Below are positions 54,455-59,949 of a stretch of 59,949 bases of DNA, in pieces (position 1 is the first letter of the stretch; every line of letters starts with the position of its first letter). Position numbers and translations under genes: made by a program. Origin of the DNA: Vermamoeba vermiformis. Lineage: Eukaryota. The notes beneath the pieces were generated by a model. That model saw only the letters and a list, made by a program, of their open reading frames with translations. It did no database searches and was not told the origin of the DNA. The stretch lies in NCBI GenBank assembly GCA_045837725.1, contig JBEWZL010000179.1:682001-741949 (forward strand), read 5' to 3'.

Positions 54455-54537
54455 GCCTTGCCTTGCTCGTAGCATAGGCAAGTTGTATACACCCTGAGAG
54501 CAAGGCAAGGCACCTTGCACCCAGAGCAAGGGAAGGC
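54455..54537. repeat. Perfect 14-bp inverted repeat (29-nt loop) plus a third near-copy arm
   Basis: GCCTTGCCTTGCTC (54455-54468) and GAGCAAGGCAAGGC (54498-54511); third arm GAGCAAGGGAAGGC (54524-54537). Confidence 0.8.
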
Positions 54538-56035
54538 AGTCGCAGAACGGTAACGCACGTGTCCGCTTCCGGATTTGGAATAATATTTGTCTGATTTTCA
54601 TGAACGAGAATTTTATATAAGATACACGTAAGTACATTATCGCAGAGAGAATCAAATGATGACTCTAGAGTTCGTCTGAGTATTGTTGAGTGCTTTCGTC
54701 TTCTTGGGGTTCAGCGATCCGGCGAGCACTTCGGAGATTGTAATCTAGTGTTACGTTGATAAAGAACTGACATAATAAATGATTACTTACGATTTGTGTT
54801 GTTGTTATTTGGACCAGAACCAAGTTAGCAATGCGTCGGTCTTTTGGTGTTCGTTACTTACTTCCTTGAGCGTTGCTGGCATTTGTGTTTGACACTGCCA
54901 TTCAATAATGTTAGAAGGATAACTTAACTGATCGGCTAAGTTATCCCACCAAATTTCTCGCAGCAAATTAATTTGATTTAATTAATGTTTGAATATTTAT
55001 TAATACTATAATTATCACGAGCCTAATGTCTATAATATATATTAACTAAATTTGAAACTATGCCGTTCTTTGTTTCTTTGATTTAGAATTTTTACGCGAG
55101 ATCTTGCGACCTCGCTTCCTCTTCAGTGGTGCTGGAGGTACCACTTCTGTTGTCATATTTTGATCAGTCTCATCTTCTTCAACAGAAGTATTACTTGAGC
55201 TTGAATAGTCACTGTCATCATCAAACACTAGCTTTGATGTGGTGTAATATAACGGTGAGATCTACGCTCCTTTCGCCATTATCTCCGTCCCAGAAATTCT
55301 TTCCTATTTTAGGCAACTTTATGTGAATCGGATCTGCCATAAATAGCGTTCCGAAATCTTGTATTAGTGACACACTTGTAGTAAATAAACCAACACACGT
55401 CATTATAACAAAGTAAGACTTTTATTACATTTGGCGACACCGTGTTTAACGTACCGCTCGCAGACATGGCTGAAGAATTCGGCAAATCTGTCAACGAGTC
55501 AGCGCGTAAAAAGAATGGGCTAGACCCTAGAAGAGAGTCTACTTTTGACGTGACTACAAGTGAGTTCCTCCGTTATATTTGTTGTCGTGGAAATTTCTGA
55601 CCAAGATCCAGTCAGCGAATCACCGGATTCATATATACTGTAGGGCCTGGCCATATAGGGCTAGCCCTGAAAAATAAAAAATATTGTTGAAAAGCTATTT
55701 ATTTACAACTGTACAAAAAAACCCCAATTACCCAGGAAAAACCAAAACTGTACTAATCGTGTGCTAATTATAGTACTGTATTAGAACAGTCAAGGCACAG
55801 TACAAAGCAGACAGATAATTGTATCAGTGCATGTAACAATAAAAAATACTAAGTTTTACAAGCAAAAGTTTTCTGTAGTCGTACTAAAACAGTAATTGTG
55901 CAGTATTGAAAGTGTTCTAAATATTATGATTTATTATGTATGTATTTTGTGCTCAAACAAATTCAAAACTGTTCTAAATCGATCGCAAAGCGACAATTTT
56001 AAAGCGATTTAGAACACCTTTAGTACAGTTCAAAT

Positions 56036-57284
56036 TTAGCCAGCGTTAGCACTGTTTTGGGTTGGCTCTGGAACAGGTGGTGCTGCAGCAGCAGTAGGTA
56101 CCTCTTCAGGGTTCGTCTCCGCTTCTTCCCGTGATAAGAATACTCCTACAATTGTAATTAATTAGCAAAATGTTTTGAAACAATTGAACAACTTACCAGA
56201 GTCGTACACTCCAACAGCATTAATCAAACGCTTCTTCTCTTTCAAGGTCAACTTGTAGAAATCGCCTGTTTTTGTCAAAGCTGCTTTGCATATAACTGCT
56301 CCAATTGGAAGGGAGTCATGCTGCATTTTGTGTGTGAAAAGAAGCTGATCTTTGGGCTCAGCTTCAAACCAGATAACTTCTAACTCCCCAGCATCAGCAC
56401 GGCAGTCAACGACTTGAGCAAGCCAAAAGTCTTCTTCTGCAGTTTCATCAGGCAAGACACATATAACAGAGTCCAGAGGATAGCATGCAACTTAAAAACA
56501 AATTAGCACAGTTATAGTATACCGGCGGTACATTTTAAGTACAGTTGTAGAACATACCACGCTTTTTGTCTTCAGCAGTTACTTCGCGAACTTCTCCATT
56601 GCTTTCATTTTCCTTTTCTTGTTCTTCAACAATTTGAGATTGTTTTTGCTTTTTCTTTTCTACTCGAGCAAATTACTATTATGGCAATTATAATGAAAGG
56701 AACTTACTCTTTTTGTTAGTACTTCTAGGCCGAGCAGCTGCAGTGGGCTCCTCTTGAGTTACTCGGTTGAATTTCGCTTGATCTAACAATAAAACTTGAT
56801 TAAACAGTGCAGTATTGCAGGTAGTTTTAGAACAGTTTTAAGCCACCTATAGAACGGTTTTAAAACACCTATAGAACGGAACATACCAGGAACTTTAACT
56901 TTTTGAGCATGTCGCTGATTGTTGAGACACTTGCGAACCACGTCATATATTACCTCACCACTAATAGATTTTCCACAAAACCATTCTTGATGCATTTTAA
57001 CCGCCTCGGAAATTGTTTTTTCGACGAGGTTACCAGGTTGCTTATTAATTGGCTTGGTCAAATCAAAATCACTGCTAATTATTCGGTTGAGGTAATTCTA
57101 ATTTTTAAATATTTTTAGAAAATTGTGCAACGATAATAAAATTAATTTTCGTGAAATTATTTTTATAAGAATTTTAACTTACGCGCATCAAGTTAGGAAT
57201 TCTTTGCCGCTTAGATACAGGCTCCTCATTGCTAGAGTCTGACTCTTGTTCAATAGTGCGTTTACGTTTCGTGGTCTTCGACAT
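56036..57284 (-). CDS. Orphan nuclear protein (NLS, helical domain, C-terminal Tudor/BAH-like beta-barrel); 6 exons
   Basis: MSKTTKRKR..SKRQR; helical exon FDLTKPINKQ...VVRKCLNNQR; beta-rich exon DSVICVL..EEDFWLAQVVDCRADAGELEVIWFE. Canonical splice sites join in frame to the stop at 56036. Confidence 0.7.
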
Positions 57285-57441
57285 TGTTTCGAAAAAAAGT
57301 ACATCCATTTTATATATACTTGGGGTTGACGGACGTTTGGGTTATGGAAAAATTACTAAGTCGAATGGCCAACACATTATATATATAGTTAGGCTTAGCT
57401 AATTTAAGGCTTATAGGCCTAAAGCCTGGAAAATGTCATAT

Positions 57442-59759
57442 TTTTGAATAAACGTTATTTATTTTTGAATATACAATTATGCGTAAAATCAGTACTATCT
57501 TTGTTTTCCCAATTTTGAATCACAAACATTGTTTTCCCATCCATTTGCCTTGGCAGGTTTACAATGAAGACTGAGCCTAAAGTTAAGGAACTTAGTTTCA
57601 TCGGTAACTATTTTGAATATGCATACTTACAAAATGTCTATTCATTTGTATGCACGTCCAACTGGTAGAGTGCAGAATTCTCGATCAACCGTAGTCCAAG
57701 GACTACGATCAAATGCGGAATTCCTGACTGTGCGTAGTCCAAGGACTACGGTCAAATGCAGAATTCTTGACTAACCGTAGTCCGAGGACTACGCTCAAAC
57801 AAAGAATTCTTGAAGACCTGATGTGTACCAGCCTAATCATGAAGGGTCAGAATATTTGAATATGCAAAATAGTAAAATGTATATTCATTTATACCTGTGG
57901 GCCAGTCATCTACGGCGAGTGGTGGGAGGTTGCAGCGACCGAATCTAACTCCAACTGAATATCTCTAAAGAATAAAAGAATGTCAATATTTTGAATATGC
58001 AAAAAAAAATAGTGTCTATGCATTGTCATAGGGCACTACATTGACTTTAACAATTCCTCGAGTGTAGTCCAAGGACTACGGTCAAATGCAGAATTCCTGA
58101 CTGAGCGTAGTCCAAGGACTACGGTCATATGCAGAATTCTCAACTAACCGTAGTCCAAGGACTACGGTCAAATACAGAATTCTTGACATACCTGAAAACA
58201 GGCAAAGCAGCTTAATTGTCTCCATGACCTGTAGAAGGGTACATAAGTAATTTTGAATATACATTAATTAAAAGTGTATATTTAAAAGTTTGTAAAGATA
58301 ATGTGACCGTAGACCAAGGACTACGGTCAAATGCAGAATTCCCAACTGAGCGTAGTCCAAGGACTACGGTCAAATCAAGAATTCTCGACTAACCGTAGTC
58401 CAAGGACTACGCTCAAATGCAGAATTCCTGACAACAGGTCAGGGTTATACCATATACTTTGAGCGTAGTCCAAGGACTACGGTCAAATACAGAATTCTCA
58501 ACTAACCGTAGTCCAAGGACTACGCTCAAATACAGAATTCATGACATATTTGAACAGGGGGAAACTGCCCAAAGCTATAACAGGTGACCTGAGAAAGGGA
58601 ACGTAAGTTACTTTGCATATACATTAATCTAATTTGTCTATTCAAAAGTTTGAAAAGATGATGAAACAACCGTAGTCCAAGGACTACGGTCATATGCAGA
58701 ATTCTCGACTAACCGTAGTCCAAGGACTACGCTCAAATTCAGAATTCTCAACTGAGCGTAGTCCAAGGACTACGGTCAAAGATTCACACCTATAACCCTG
58801 AAGACTTACATAACCCTAACAGTGCAGAATAAGTCCAAACCATCCAATACAGCCATCAGATATTACTTGTGTGCTATAGTAAGGTAGATTAGCATCAGAG
58901 TGACAAAATAAAGAATCGAATTTGAATATTTAAAAAAAAATAATAACTATTTATTTTTGTGGGTCCGCATTTGATTACTTACTGCTGCAATGAAAGGAAG
59001 CCATGCAGATACAGGTGTTCTTATATATTCTATAGTGGTGTTGTTGGCAAGTTGAATGTAACAGAAAATGAACAAAAAAATCTTTTTTTGGTCAAGCACG
59101 TGATCGATGCTCGTTAAAATCTGACCAATGCACGCACTGCCAACCTCCTAATACACTTCTCAAGGGGCACATCAGTAGTGTGCTACTATTCAAATATGTA
59201 AGAGGTCAAGGAGAGGGCCCATTGGTGAGGATCCGATGGTCAGCCGATGTTGGATCGAGATCAGGATTTGCCAATTTCAGTCTGGTGGCTTCCAGTAAAG
59301 TAAGTAATCCAAGAATATTAATATAAATATTAACTACACTATGTGGTTAAACTGGTGGCATTATCTGCTACTATATAATAAAATAAATATTTAATAAAAT
59401 CAAATCTAGCCGTTACCAAAAACTTTATAACTTTTTGTTAGCAGTTCGAGCCAGTAAGTATCAAATTCATAGTGACAATAATATGAGTATTATGGTAAAA
59501 TTAATGTCATACTTGTAGGATAAATGGTAAGTGAGATTTTGCCGATCCAGAGGCTCGTGCACGATCCAGGATCAATCAGTGTGGAGCTTCAGTGACCACT
59601 GGTAAGTTTGAAAACACACTCAAATAATTAACTACAGTGCTCTAATACTAGTTGTCAGGTCAACAGAAGGCAGCAAGAGCTGGTTAAGCAGATCCAGACA
59701 AGTCGAAGCTGTATTTTTTGAATATACAAATAAATATTTTGAATATTCATTTTTGTACA
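57442..59759. repeat. Dispersed inverted-repeat motif TTTTGAATAT(A/G)CA-N11-TGT(A/C)TATTCA(A/T), about 8 copies
   Basis: Copies start at about 57442, 57611, 57855, 57989, 58251, 58611, 58921 (degenerate) and 59717 (spacer 12). Confidence 0.85.
57671..58780. repeat. Clustered 43-bp palindromic tandem repeat, 14 hairpin cores in 5 clusters
   Basis: Consensus TGCAGAATTC-YYRAC-T(AAC/GAG)-CGTAGTCCAAGGACTACG-(G/C)TCAAA. Clusters at about 57671-57812 (3 cores), 58060-58187 (3), 58305-58432 (3), 58460-58545 (2) and 58668-58780 (3). Confidence 0.97.
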
Positions 59760-59949
59760 AACAAATTTAGTGTCTGTATGAGTGATAGTTGGTGGATATA
59801 TCTTTCTACATTGGTCGCAGGTGGTTTTTGTTGAAGTTTGTGGGATTGACATGTCCCCATGTTGAAAATGTTTGATGTCCTGGATCGCAGAATGCTGAGG
59901 TTCTCTCTGCCTTTGATAACCCTGCAAAGGACCATTGCTCTTAGTGTTC

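Larger units (their letters stand above)
55641..59949. mobile_element. Probable left part of a large transposon-like or foreign element (right end outside window)
   Basis: GC-rich palindromic boundary TAGGGCCTGGCC..AGGGCTAGCCCT, subterminal TTAG(A/T)ACA motifs in both orientations, patchy CpG depletion, repeat arrays and an orphan gene. No transposase is seen in the window. Confidence 0.45.

Noticed and set aside
54220-55500. Short minus-strand coding-like fragments (MAVSNTN..YNLRS; DDSDYSS..KRKRGRK)
   Set aside because: The frames are inconsistent and short; no supported gene model or family.
58082-58264. 60-aa ORF across the repeat
   Set aside because: A by-product of the 43-bp period; the reading frame shifts each unit and hits stops.
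57671-58780. CRISPR array or TIGR-like guide array
   Set aside because: The sequence between hairpins is a conserved linker varying mainly by CpG-type transitions, not unique spacers. No cas-like gene is present and the context is eukaryotic.
1-59949. rRNA, tRNA, recognisable transposase, reverse transcriptase, Fanzor/TnpB or viral hallmark genes
   Set aside because: No diagnostic motifs were recognised by eye; absence is not proven without profile searches.

Overview
Gene-dense, intron-rich eukaryotic nuclear DNA: short GT-AG introns with CTAAC/CTAAT-like branch points, standard genetic code. The gene content (Entamoeba-TMK-like receptor kinase, AprA/PqaA, FHA kinase) suggests an amoebozoan protist; this is inference. 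About 21 spliced genes can be reconstructed: EGF/Cys-rich receptor TKL kinase, P-loop NTPase with nuclease-like tail, F-box/USP9X-like ARM protein, AprA/PqaA, RhoGEF, RalGAP-alpha, RMD1/DUF155, DUF4139, CAD-type ADH, PA-7TM receptor, RmlD-like SDR, pescadillo, Chk2, P450, CHMP2, kelch, GH79, F-box-TPR and several orphans. Two regions stand out as CpG-eroded against the CpG-rich host genes. (1) 3191-6239 is a Crinkler-effector-like NTPase plus REase-like gene with an apparent mitochondrial presequence. (2) About 55640-59949 is a probable mobile or foreign element. It carries a small nuclear-protein gene, 14 copies of a 43-bp hairpin unit (CGTAGTCC-AA-GGACTACG) in five clusters whose core CpGs escape the surrounding decay, and an interleaved family of 13-11-13 inverted repeats, several of which coincide with intron-like sequences. 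A 12-bp palindrome (TGACACGTGTCA) also recurs in five introns. Exon boundaries were read by eye and are approximate.
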